Source: a virus (Duplodnaviria > Caudoviricetes). From it: a stretch of DNA of 64,000 nt. Positions within the stretch are counted from its first letter, which is position 1. Every line of letters starts with the position of its first letter. Both the position numbers and the translations under genes were made by a program. Below the pieces are notes generated by a model. It worked only from the letters and a program-made list of their open reading frames with translations, did no database searches and was not told the origin of the DNA. The stretch lies in the IMG/VR virus record IMGVR_UViG_3300016476_000578, positions 5,191-69,190 of that record. One strand, given 5' to 3'. Shown here in pieces: positions 52,265 to 62,700 of the stretch.

Positions 52265-52633
52265 TTATTTTGCTACCTGAAATATCAATATTGATGTTAA
52301 TATACCGCCTCCGAACCAAATTGCTTTGTTATCATACCATTTCGGTTGTAGACGCTTTTCTCGTTCAACATATAAATTTACGTTTTTTTGCAATAGATCT
52401 ATTTGTTGAGTTTTATATTCAAGCTGAATTGAATCTAATGCAATTAACTTGTTTTGTTTGTTGATTAAGAATTCTTGTTCCAATATAATTTTTTCGTTGA
52501 TATCATTTAACTGATATAGCGAATCTAATGTAAATGAAATATCCTTAACTTGTTGCGCAGTAAAACAAGTGTCAGGAAGTTGCTGCGAAAAACAAAATAA
52601 TGGAAATAATAATATTAATAGTAATAGTTTCAT
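52265..52633 (-). CDS. Exported protein with N-terminal signal peptide and C-terminal TM helix (spanin-like?)
   Basis: MKLLLLILLFPLFCFS-QQ; coiled coil; AIWFGGGILTSILIF. Confidence 0.45.
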   Translation of the reverse strand: MKLLLLILLFPLFCFSQQLPDTCFTAQQVKDISFTLDSLYQLNDINEKIILEQEFLINKQNKLIALDSIQLEYKTQQIDLLQKNVNLYVEREKRLQPKWYDNKAIWFGGGILTSILIFQVAK

Positions 52634-52635
52634 GC

Positions 52636-52980
52636 TTATTTCTTTTTTGGTTTTCTACCTCGTTTTGTTTTGGCAATTATATTTTCTTTTGCTTCTGCTA
52701 CAGTTTTAACTTCTTCAACAACTATATTATTTTTTTGTTCTTGCAAATCGGAAATTACTTCTTCATGTTGTTTAATCTCAATTTTAACTTCATCGCGTTG
52801 TTCTTCAACTACTTCAGTCTTACCTTGCAAAACATCTATTTGTTGTTCATTATTATCAATCTGCGTTTCGATCTTATCTATCTTCTTGTTATTACGTTTT
52901 GTGAATATTGCATATAGTATTCCAAATAATGCAATTATTCCACCCGTAATTATTGCCCAATATTTTTTAATTATTTTCAT
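52636..52980 (-). CDS. Membrane-anchored coiled-coil protein (i-spanin-like?)
   Basis: N-terminal TM WAIITGGIIALFGILYAIF followed by coiled coil. Confidence 0.45.
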   Translation of the reverse strand: MKIIKKYWAIITGGIIALFGILYAIFTKRNNKKIDKIETQIDNNEQQIDVLQGKTEVVEEQRDEVKIEIKQHEEVISDLQEQKNNIVVEEVKTVAEAKENIIAKTKRGRKPKKK

Positions 52981-53614
52981 TTTGTTCTCCGTTTAAGTTA
53001 TTTAAAAATTTTTCTTTGAATTGATCAAATTGTTTTTGTATTGTTGCATCAAATTCTTCAACTGACATTCTTGCAGACCATTTTTCTTTTTCGCCTTCAG
53101 AATTAGTTACAAACTCAGATGCACGCGTATATGTTTCTCGTAATAAGTTAACATCACGTTCTGCAGATTCAAGCCATGCTAATGCATTTTCTCGAATTTT
53201 TTGTTGTTCATATTCTTCGTATTTTCCAGCTTTTTTTAATTCATGTTCCATCTCAATAACACAATCAAAACACATTCCATGTATTTTTCTCATTTTTTCA
53301 TCTAGATGATTTGCAGTTAAACATGTACATGTTTCTTTTCTACATTGCGGAAATGTACGGATATCATCTCTGACAGTTTGTAGAACATCGCTGAATTTTG
53401 TTTTTTTGATTCGGAATCCATCATGTTGCTCGATTACATATGTAATTCCGGAAACACTGTCAGTCTCTTCCCAAATATCGCCGACATTGTGTCGTTGATT
53501 CTTTTGAGCTGATTTTTCTGCGTCAGAAAATCCAATAGCTTTTTTTGTTTGAAACTTGTGGGTGCCATCTAACATTTGTTGAATGGCTTTGACATTTTGT
53601 AACTTTTTAGACAT
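52967..53614 (-). CDS. Hypothetical protein with Cys/His cluster
   Basis: C-x4-C-x-C...HGMCFDC. Confidence 0.55.
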   Translation of the reverse strand: MSKKLQNVKAIQQMLDGTHKFQTKKAIGFSDAEKSAQKNQRHNVGDIWEETDSVSGITYVIEQHDGFRIKKTKFSDVLQTVRDDIRTFPQCRKETCTCLTANHLDEKMRKIHGMCFDCVIEMEHELKKAGKYEEYEQQKIRENALAWLESAERDVNLLRETYTRASEFVTNSEGEKEKWSARMSVEEFDATIQKQFDQFKEKFLNNLNGEQNENN

Positions 53615-53620
53615 ATAACT

Positions 53621-54454
53621 TTATTTTTGTTGTTCAATATCCAATGTGGATAATTTTTTAATTGCTAATTGGCGTAATAGTTTATAAAAATTATGTTTAT
53701 CTTCAGGCTCTGCTTCTTTCATAGTCATATTAAATACTTTAGCTAAAGTTTTAATTCTAGAAATATTGCCTCCGTCTGATTTAAGTTGATTAACAAATTT
53801 TTCTACAGCTAATGCTTCTTTAGATTCGGGAGATAAATCTTGTGCGGTTTCTGGAGCTGGTTCTTCTGATGGAGTTTCGGCTGCAGGTGCTGGAGTAGAA
53901 GCTGCCGGAGTAGCAGGTGCAGTTGTTGCAGGTGTTTCAGTTGCCGGAGCTTGTGTTTCTGCAGCAGGCGTTTCAGTTGCTGGTTCTTCTGCAGGTGTTT
54001 CTTGTGTAGCTTCTGGTGCTGGTTCTTCTGCTGGTGCTTCTTCTGGCTCGTCTTGCTCTAATAATACTTTGTAGATTTTTCTACGAATATATTCTCTAAC
54101 TAGTCGCTCTTGATGTTCTCGAGTTAAATTTTCAATTTTGTCTTTGATATTTTTCTCGTTATCTTTTTCGTCAGCATCTTGTCGTTTTTTCAAAACTTTT
54201 GCTGCATGTTTCGGTTCCCATTCACCATCTTCTAAATCTTTATAAAGACGATCGTCTGCATTGTATTTAACATATAAGTCGCCAGTATCAACTACTTCTT
54301 TATCTGTTTTTCTCAAAACATTAAGTTGTTTTTCGCCAGTTGATTTTGGATTCATTGAACCTTTATCATCCATTGTATAATCTTTTAAATCTTTTCGAGT
54401 TTTATACTTGGTATTTTCAGGTTTTTTATACTTACTTTTATGTTTTTCAGCCAT
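53621..54454 (-). CDS. Hypothetical protein with Pro/Ala/Glu/Thr low-complexity linker
   Basis: EEAPAEEPAPEATQETPAEE...; VLLE motif; late motif upstream. Confidence 0.55.
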   Translation of the reverse strand: MAEKHKSKYKKPENTKYKTRKDLKDYTMDDKGSMNPKSTGEKQLNVLRKTDKEVVDTGDLYVKYNADDRLYKDLEDGEWEPKHAAKVLKKRQDADEKDNEKNIKDKIENLTREHQERLVREYIRRKIYKVLLEQDEPEEAPAEEPAPEATQETPAEEPATETPAAETQAPATETPATTAPATPAASTPAPAAETPSEEPAPETAQDLSPESKEALAVEKFVNQLKSDGGNISRIKTLAKVFNMTMKEAEPEDKHNFYKLLRQLAIKKLSTLDIEQQK

Positions 54455-54482
54455 TTTAGTTATTCCTATTTTATAATAAATA

Positions 54483-56981
54483 TCAGCGTGCGTATTTTAA
54501 CACTCCTAAAATTTGATTTACTGGGGCAAATGCGCCTGTCATTTTATATGTATGCCCTTGATATGTAAATACTATCCCTTCAGTGGGTACAATTGCATCA
54601 AACCCCCCTAACTTCTGAATGCGTTTAAGTTCTAATTCTAACTTTGAAAGCGTTGCTTGGTTTGTTGATGTTTGCAAATCTTTAATTAATTGAGCTAACT
54701 CCGATTTAATTGTTTGCACAGTGTTGCTTGGATTTGCTGCTAAAAAGTTTGATGCATTTTGCAATACATGTACTCCTAATCGTAAAAATATAGATTCAAA
54801 TGGTTCTAAGTTTTGTTTCTTGTATTTTTTAAAATCCGATTTATCAAATTCAGTCATCCAATTCACAAATTCTGGGTTGGTTATCTGCTTTTTAAGTGCA
54901 GATATATTTGTTGATTTATCATAGAATGACCAACGATATATCAATGCATTTAAAATATCTTCTGGGATATCATATCCTAGTTCTTCTGCTTTTGTTTTTA
55001 TTACATCTCTCCACCATGCTTTGTGATATTCGCTAATTAAATCTGTTGGCTTCAAATTATAATGACTTTGTAATTGATCAACTTCATTGAAAAATGCTGC
55101 TTGTTGATCTTCAAAATCATATACTCGTCCTAACTTGATACGTTGCGGCGGAATGAATGAAAATGTATTTTGCATATGTGCGTTTGCATCTTCAATGACT
55201 TTTTGCATTAATGCCCCACCCGTTAAGTCTGTTTCAACTGCATTGCCTTTTTCGTCAAACTCGACTAAATTATGAAATTGTAAGTGTGCTTTATCATATG
55301 CAATAACGTTACGTGTTGCAGGATAAATAATTTCCATGTTTGCAAATACTCGGCCGTTCTTAAAGATACGTTCTAATTCTGCAGGATTAATTGCTGATAA
55401 TGCAGCAGTAATATCTTGTGACATTTCTTTAAATGCATCGACTACTAATTTATATCCAGCTGCCCCCTCAACTCCATTATCCTGTACTGACTTTTGATAT
55501 TTGCTTTCAAAATCTGCAACAAGTTGATCGGGCGTCATTGGATTAATAATTGTGCCTTTATTACGAGCAAACCCTGGTTGTCCATTTTTCCAAGTTATCA
55601 TTATGTTTTGTCCGTCAGTTTTTTCTGTAACTGCTTGTTCAATATCTAAACGTCCAGACAATGCCCTTGAAATAATTTCTTTAATATCATTAAATGTTAA
55701 TCCATGATCATCCCATGGGTGTGCCATGTGTCCCGCAGCGCCTCCTTCAGTTAACATTCCTCCAGTTTTCATACGAGATTCGATTGTATAAATTATATCT
55801 TCCGGATTATTAGATTGCCATCGTTTACGTTGTTTTTTAATTGTGCGCGGAATTAATTCAATCATTTTTTTACGTGGATTCCACTGCAACATGAATGGCA
55901 TATGTATTGGAACATCAAATTGATAATCAGAACCTACACCTGATGGACGTTCTAATTCTAATTGTCTTGCAATTTTATCTCCATATTCATTAGCTAAGTC
56001 TTCGAAGAAGTCTGTAAGTTCATCTGTATAAATTGGAGCTTCGTTTCTAGGATCATTTAACCTATCAATAAAATGCGTAAACTTTCCTTGAAAATCTACA
56101 TCTATATTATATCGTTTAAAAAAACCATCGACTGCATTTTCAATTGAAGCTAATTCTTGTCTTGTTATATAATTTTCTGTAATGATGGATTCTATTAGTT
56201 TAGCTCCATACACTGTTTTTTGAAAATCATCAAAATCATATACAAATGATTCACCTCGATGTGAATTTAAAAACGATCGTAATTTTTGTATTTTATCTGC
56301 ATGGCGTTTTTTTTCTCTAGGAAACATCATTGATTCTAAGAATTGATCAACATCTCCTGACAAATTTTTTAACATCCAATCGGTACTAAATATTTTTGAT
56401 TCTTGTACGCCTTTTAATACTTGCCATGCATTTTTAACTTTAGCTTCTTCAAACTGTGGATATGACGCGCGAAATGTTTCGTAATCATTATCTGCTAAAG
56501 CTGCTCGTACAACAGTTGCAGATATAGGCGTGTTGTTTGAATACATTAATGGATCTACATTGATATTTAATTCTGTAGCATCAATTCCTTTTGATATAGT
56601 ACGTCCTTTTTTATCACCTATAGTAGCATATTTATCTACATTTGGAACAAAATCTTTAGCTCGTACATAATCATCTCCTTTTGCCGAAGCTGCCATAGCA
56701 TAACGTCCTACTGAATCTTGTGGTAATGCAAACAGATATTCATATGCAGCCATTATTGGAGAATTGAACTCTGTAGGCTGTATTTCTATATTAGGATTAT
56801 CATTTAAAATATCAAACATTTCTATAGTTTTATCTCTAGAAATTCCATCTCGTTCTTTAGGGCCTATTAAAAGTATTACGCGATCTACATCTGGGTGTTC
56901 GGCATATCGATTTGCTAATTCTAAATGTGCTCCAGTTAATGGTTTAAATCCGCCAGGAAATAGTACTGTTATCTTATCCAT
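54483..56981 (-). CDS. Multidomain protein: HIGH-family nucleotidyltransferase + small RNase-like domain + ATP-dependent ligase-like domain
   Basis: PGGFKPLTGAH and ISATVVR; HFIDRLNDPRN; TEKTDG, NMEII, EGIVF, YKMTG. Confidence 0.55.
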   Translation of the reverse strand: MDKITVLFPGGFKPLTGAHLELANRYAEHPDVDRVILLIGPKERDGISRDKTIEMFDILNDNPNIEIQPTEFNSPIMAAYEYLFALPQDSVGRYAMAASAKGDDYVRAKDFVPNVDKYATIGDKKGRTISKGIDATELNINVDPLMYSNNTPISATVVRAALADNDYETFRASYPQFEEAKVKNAWQVLKGVQESKIFSTDWMLKNLSGDVDQFLESMMFPREKKRHADKIQKLRSFLNSHRGESFVYDFDDFQKTVYGAKLIESIITENYITRQELASIENAVDGFFKRYNIDVDFQGKFTHFIDRLNDPRNEAPIYTDELTDFFEDLANEYGDKIARQLELERPSGVGSDYQFDVPIHMPFMLQWNPRKKMIELIPRTIKKQRKRWQSNNPEDIIYTIESRMKTGGMLTEGGAAGHMAHPWDDHGLTFNDIKEIISRALSGRLDIEQAVTEKTDGQNIMITWKNGQPGFARNKGTIINPMTPDQLVADFESKYQKSVQDNGVEGAAGYKLVVDAFKEMSQDITAALSAINPAELERIFKNGRVFANMEIIYPATRNVIAYDKAHLQFHNLVEFDEKGNAVETDLTGGALMQKVIEDANAHMQNTFSFIPPQRIKLGRVYDFEDQQAAFFNEVDQLQSHYNLKPTDLISEYHKAWWRDVIKTKAEELGYDIPEDILNALIYRWSFYDKSTNISALKKQITNPEFVNWMTEFDKSDFKKYKKQNLEPFESIFLRLGVHVLQNASNFLAANPSNTVQTIKSELAQLIKDLQTSTNQATLSKLELELKRIQKLGGFDAIVPTEGIVFTYQGHTYKMTGAFAPVNQILGVLKYAR

Positions 56982-57016
56982 GTAAATTTTCTTTTATATA
57001 AATATATGTTTATTTA

Positions 57017-59704
57017 TTATCGTATAGGTGCAGCTGGCGGAGAAGTCGCTCCTCCTGTAATTCTACTAGTTCGATATACAAAGTTCTTCATTTTAAATGT
57101 ATCTGTAAGGTTTCCTGGGCCATTGCGATTCACTATTAAGTAGATTCGAACATAATAACCTTGGTGATCTTCAAATGTAGTAGCACCAGTGCCAGCTGTT
57201 ATAGTCAATGTTCTCGAAGTACCTCGCGTAAATGTTGGACTTACAGCAATTAATGTAGTGCCACCTGCTGGAGATATTAATTGTGGAGTATTCCATATAT
57301 TATATCCGTTACTAGATGGGTTAGATGCAGATACGCTGGCCATTTGTATATACCAATTGCCTTCAATTTGGCCGCCTACTCCGCCTGCATTATAAAATTC
57401 ACAAGTAAATGATGTTTGTAGCCTTGTTTCTCCAGGTAAAATAAATGTTTCAAAAATCGAAGCTGTTTGTGGACTAGCATTTAAGTCTCCGGTATATGAA
57501 TATTCACTACGATCGAAATACACAACACGTCCGATATTCAATCCATCTGCATATTCATTATTTGAATCAAATAATACAGTACTTCCATTTACTGCTAAAA
57601 ATGATGATGCTGTAACATCACCGTCTGCTGTTAAAAAGAATCCACTTGATGAAATTTCTAAATTACCGTTACTTCCGGAAATATATTGATTGTTAGGATC
57701 TCCAAAGAAAAATGTTTCAGTATGTACATCTAATTCAGATGGAATTGTTGAATAACGAAAGTAATTATTTGAATCGCCGAATAATTCTAATCCAACACCT
57801 GTATATGGTACACCTCCTTTAGTTCCAGCACTACCTGATAATGCTGACCCTGACCAAAGTAAAAATCCTGGAAATCCTGCTGCAAACCCTTCGTATCCTA
57901 ATGAACGAACATACCCAGTATTTTTATATCCGGAAATTGCTACGCCACTTTCTAAAGAATCAGCAACATACAATGAACCAGTAAGCATCGAATAATCGCC
58001 ATCAATATAACGATTACCGCCTTGCCATGTTTTATTGTAAATATAATTAATTTGTTTGCTTTTTACTCCAGCAACATTGTAATATTCTATCTTAAATGCT
58101 AATTGATTGTCTGATTTATGTGCAGTTGGCACTAAACTACGAATCCTAGTATAATCAGGTGTATATCCCGCATCATTATCAGTAGTAGTACGTATATCAG
58201 CTATTTGCCAATCTCCTGACTCGACAACTACAAGCAATACTCCATCACCGGTATTATCTGCTTCAAAATTAAATACTCGATCGTCAAAACGTTGTCCAGC
58301 AGATGTAATTTCAATTTCGCCTATACGTTTACCTAATCTAGTATATAATTCTCGATTGAAATAATCAGTAACATCAAAATTAAATGCGCTGCCTGATAAA
58401 TACATTGAAAGCTTTGGATTTGTTGTTCCAGATTTTGTGCCTAATGCATCAAATGTTACTTTATACGATCCACCTTTAATAAAAAATCCTGAATATGAAG
58501 ATTTTATTTGAGCAATGGATACCGTATTAACGTTAGTTAAATCTACTGCGTTAACAATTTGCATTGCATTGCTTAACGATGAAGTTGTCCATGTTAATGT
58601 AGGAGCGGTAGTTTCTGTTAATCCTTGATATGTATGTCCTTCCCAATATGTATTGATTATGCTTTGTGATGTTAATGCACCAATACTTTGATCAGGATAT
58701 AGTGAAGATGTACTAGTAACAAATATTTCAGTTTCAGTTAATTCAACATCATTAATTAATTCCCAGGTACCAACTTGACCATTATTACTCATGAATGTTT
58801 TAATACGAGAAACATCGCCAGTTGCTGGTTGCAATCCTTTAATTTCAATAAAAGCAAATGATTCAGAATTTTCTGTAGGTACATATGTTGGGCTTGCTTC
58901 ATATGTTAATGAATATGCTGAATCTAAAAACGCTGTATATGTATGAGCTGATATACTCTGGCTACTATAAACCGTATACTCAGTATCTAACAATGCTAAG
59001 GTTGGAGATAATATCTTTTTAATCGTAGATTGATATTGAACAGTAGCCGGAGGATAAATAGCCGTAGGAATAGGACTTTGTGGTGTAGATATAGTGATAG
59101 TACCATTATTCATATCAGAATTAAACTCACCACCCGTTAATTCTATTGCAGGGGCTCCATTCTTAAGAAAATATCGTACAGTACCTGTTGAATATGTGGG
59201 AAACTGTATACTTCCTGAGTATATTCTATCAAGCTGTGTAGCTACTTGTTCAGACAATGAAATATCAGGAAGTGTTTCAAATATAATTTCAGAATCATTT
59301 GAAACCGTTGGGTTAACTGGTACTGTTCTTGACCATTTAATATTTGCTCGTCCTTGCCACTCAGTCGGGACATTGATAGCTTCCCCAAGCAATGTTATTG
59401 TACAATCACCAGGAGAAGTATCTTCATAAATATAAATTGCAATTACACGCGATTTATCTTCATCAATATAATTGATTACTTCATGATATATTGGATCACC
59501 ATTATAATCTAAAATTTCAATGTTTAAGTAACTACCTACTTTAAGACTATTAGGATTTCCTCGAAGTTTAAATAAATTTTTACCAGCAGTTAGCCGTAAT
59601 GGAAATTCTGAAATTTGAAAATAATCCGGCGAAGTTAATGAAGAATCTGTAAACCATACATCTATAAATTGTAATCCTTTATATACTGCCTCTTTACGTT
59701 TCAT
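57017..59704 (-). CDS. Large beta-rich virion structural protein
   Basis: 895 aa Ser/Thr/Gly-rich; late motif upstream. Confidence 0.55.
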   Translation of the reverse strand: MKRKEAVYKGLQFIDVWFTDSSLTSPDYFQISEFPLRLTAGKNLFKLRGNPNSLKVGSYLNIEILDYNGDPIYHEVINYIDEDKSRVIAIYIYEDTSPGDCTITLLGEAINVPTEWQGRANIKWSRTVPVNPTVSNDSEIIFETLPDISLSEQVATQLDRIYSGSIQFPTYSTGTVRYFLKNGAPAIELTGGEFNSDMNNGTITISTPQSPIPTAIYPPATVQYQSTIKKILSPTLALLDTEYTVYSSQSISAHTYTAFLDSAYSLTYEASPTYVPTENSESFAFIEIKGLQPATGDVSRIKTFMSNNGQVGTWELINDVELTETEIFVTSTSSLYPDQSIGALTSQSIINTYWEGHTYQGLTETTAPTLTWTTSSLSNAMQIVNAVDLTNVNTVSIAQIKSSYSGFFIKGGSYKVTFDALGTKSGTTNPKLSMYLSGSAFNFDVTDYFNRELYTRLGKRIGEIEITSAGQRFDDRVFNFEADNTGDGVLLVVVESGDWQIADIRTTTDNDAGYTPDYTRIRSLVPTAHKSDNQLAFKIEYYNVAGVKSKQINYIYNKTWQGGNRYIDGDYSMLTGSLYVADSLESGVAISGYKNTGYVRSLGYEGFAAGFPGFLLWSGSALSGSAGTKGGVPYTGVGLELFGDSNNYFRYSTIPSELDVHTETFFFGDPNNQYISGSNGNLEISSSGFFLTADGDVTASSFLAVNGSTVLFDSNNEYADGLNIGRVVYFDRSEYSYTGDLNASPQTASIFETFILPGETRLQTSFTCEFYNAGGVGGQIEGNWYIQMASVSASNPSSNGYNIWNTPQLISPAGGTTLIAVSPTFTRGTSRTLTITAGTGATTFEDHQGYYVRIYLIVNRNGPGNLTDTFKMKNFVYRTSRITGGATSPPAAPIR

Positions 59705-59729
59705 TTGATATTATTCTTTTATATAAATA

Positions 59730-62700
59730 TCAACTGTGCTGAATCTGGCTGTATCCGTTTAGTTTATTAACTTCTATTAAATTGTCAACCATATCTCGCA
59801 TTGAATCTACGTGTGATATGATGATTGAAAAATCAAATTTAGTTCTAAAATATTCAAATAGATTTACAACTGATGAAATATGGTCTGCATCTAAACTTCC
59901 CCATCCTTCATCAATAGCAATGAAATTTGGTCGAGGTAATGCAGACACATTGATAAGTGCAATTCGAATTGCTAACGATGAAATAAATCTTTCCATACCA
60001 CTTGTTAATTCAAGTGGCCAAAAATTATCTTCATCATATATGATATATCCATTGATATTTTTACCATCACTTTGAAGCACCATATTAAAATCAACAACTT
60101 GATTCAATACATTGTTAATTTCAGCTTCAATTTTTGGCATAGCTTTAGCAATCAATTCATATGGAACACCGTCACGCTTCACAGAATCTAAATAATATTC
60201 ATATGCCTTATATTCAATTTCTAGTTGTTTATAAACATCTAATGATTCAATTGCAGATTTTTTTGTAGTTTTAGCAACTTCAATTTTTCCATGTTTGCTG
60301 CGAATTGTTTCTGTAGTTTGTTTGATTTTTTGAGTTAATGATTCAATTTCTTGTTTACATGTTTCAATTTCTAAATCAATAAATTTATTGTGTTTGATTG
60401 CTGTTTTATTGGCTTGAAATAATTCTTGTCGTTCTAAACAAGTTTCTAATTCAGATTCACGAGTTTGCAAATCATTTTCTAGAATTTGAATTAAAAGTTC
60501 TTGTTTTTCAATTGCTGTTTGTTTCAATTGATGTTGTAACTTTAAACGATTTAATTCTGATAATTCTTCTCGTACGTTGCCACATAATGAAATTGATATT
60601 TCCAATTCAATCAATTGTTTTGTTAATTCATTTAATAAATGTTGATCTCCTGCAATCGTATTTTGTGCTTCGATTGCATTTTGAACGAAAACGTTAGATG
60701 TACAGTATTTACAGTTCGGATCATATTCATGGTCGGAAAGGTGATTAATTTTTTCTTGTTTCGCATTGATAACTCCTTGTTGTTTCTTGATGCTAGATTT
60801 AAGTTTTGATACTTCATCTTCAAGTTTTTCTAATTGGTCAAAATCTGCTAACAATTTAGTTTCATCGTAACCACGTTTATCTTTTTTAATAATTAAATAT
60901 TCTGAGGTTAATGTCTCTAAATTGGTTTCAGCGGCTTCTATGTCTGCTTGTAATTGTGTAACTTTTTTTGTAAGATCTGATTCGGTTTTTGCTAATTCTT
61001 CAAAATCGGGGCCGTTATATGTTGTTGGTTGTTTAGTTTCAATTAATTGAAGAATTTTAGTTTGAAGTGTATTTCTAGATTCTTGATACTCATCTTCTAA
61101 AGATTCTAAATCTGTAATATCTTGTTGATTGTTAGTAATAATAGTATCAGCATCATTAATAATGATATCAAAATCTGTTTTCTTATACGTTTTTAATTTC
61201 CCAGCTGTTTCTTTAATTTCATCTGATGCAAGTTGATATAATTGTTCGAACACTGTTATATCTAAAAACTGAGAAAGAAGATCTTTTCGTTCACGTTGAG
61301 ACTTTTCAATAAAATTATTGTTATCAGCTTGTAATGAAAATGCCGTAAGGATAAAATCATCATATGTTCCTAAATATCTACGAATTGCTTTATTAGTATC
61401 ACTTCGCTCTTCTCCATTTAAGTTTTCAGTATCAGTATAAAAATCTACTAATACTTTAACATGACCGTTCTTTTGTTTGATACCAGTACGTTCAATTGTA
61501 TAATTCGTACCATTCATCTCAAATGTAAACTTACCTTTAAATGAAGATTTTTTGTTATTTAAAACTTCATGAGCTTTTCCGGTTTTACTACACTTATCAA
61601 AAATAGTATAAGTGATAGCATCTAATAAAGATGATTTACCGCTTGTATTTGCAGCAAATAATCCGCATACATCTTGCAAGTTTTCAAAATTAATAATATT
61701 TCCTTCTCCATATGAAAACATATTTTCAAATTCAAATTGAATAGGATGCCAGGTCATATGCCGCACTGATTCAACTGCTGGCAATTTCGAATTAATCGTA
61801 CGATTGATATGTCGTATAGCATCTGTTTCGTCAGCTGTTGCTTGTGGGTGATTAATTGAAATATAATCAGTAATCAAAGTATTTTGATATTCAACATCAC
61901 GAACATTTCCAATTGTAAATGATGATGTAGCAGCGCTGTCTGCATTAGTATTACTACGTTGAATTGTAATATCTTGAACATCATACTTTTTACGAATTGT
62001 TGCAATTAGCTTTTTCATATCAGCTGCACTCGTGTCATTAAACTTAATTCTAACACGAGGTTTATTTGGAATACGATGCGGAGACTTAACAATCTTTGTT
62101 CCATCAACTTCCAATGTAACATATCCATAATCATTATGAATTTCTACAAACTCAGCGCTTTTAGATTCAATATCCCATACTAATATGCCATGGTCTAATG
62201 CTTCACCATGATTTTGTTGAATCAATGAACCTGGATATGCAATTGTTTTAGCATCATCTAAAAATTGTGCTGGTTTGTGAATATCTCCTAACAGTGTTAA
62301 ATCATGTCCTTTGAATAACTCTGTAGTTACATGTTCGTTTGAAATTTGATATCCAATATCAGTCTTAGCAGTATTAACAGCTCCATGATGCAACGCAATT
62401 TTATACGTAGCATCAAAATCATTTGCCATGATGTATTCAGTGGGAGCGACATCTACTGCCATATGATTCCATACAATTCCGCCTAATTCAAATAATCCAT
62501 TTTCTTTGATAAATGTAATCATTGGATTTCGTATAACATCTAGTACCGGACTAACAGCATCAATTCGATGCATATTATTCAAGTTCATGTCATGATTCCC
62601 TAGAATAACAATTGTAGGAATTTCAAATCCATTAAAGAAGTCAACTAGCATTTGAACTAGTTCCGGAGACATATCAAGTTTACTATGCACAATATCGCCA

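Larger units (their letters stand above)
14882..59730 (-). promoter_or_regulatory. Dispersed late-promoter-like motif ATATTTAT (range spans the first to last listed site)
   Basis: Plus-strand ATAAATAT at 14882, 24261, 25302, 25929, 28475, 30364, 33830, 41434, 42434, 45307, 48781, 50653, 54476, 56998 and 59723, mostly 10-35 nt upstream of a start codon. Confidence 0.7.

Noticed and set aside
52967-53614. Assignment as terminase small subunit
   Set aside because: Only position supports it; no recognisable gp16-like features.
53850-54060. Repetitive GCA/CCA/GAA-rich DNA as a CRISPR or tandem repeat array
   Set aside because: In-frame Pro/Ala/Glu/Thr low-complexity linker with no constant repeat-spacer structure.
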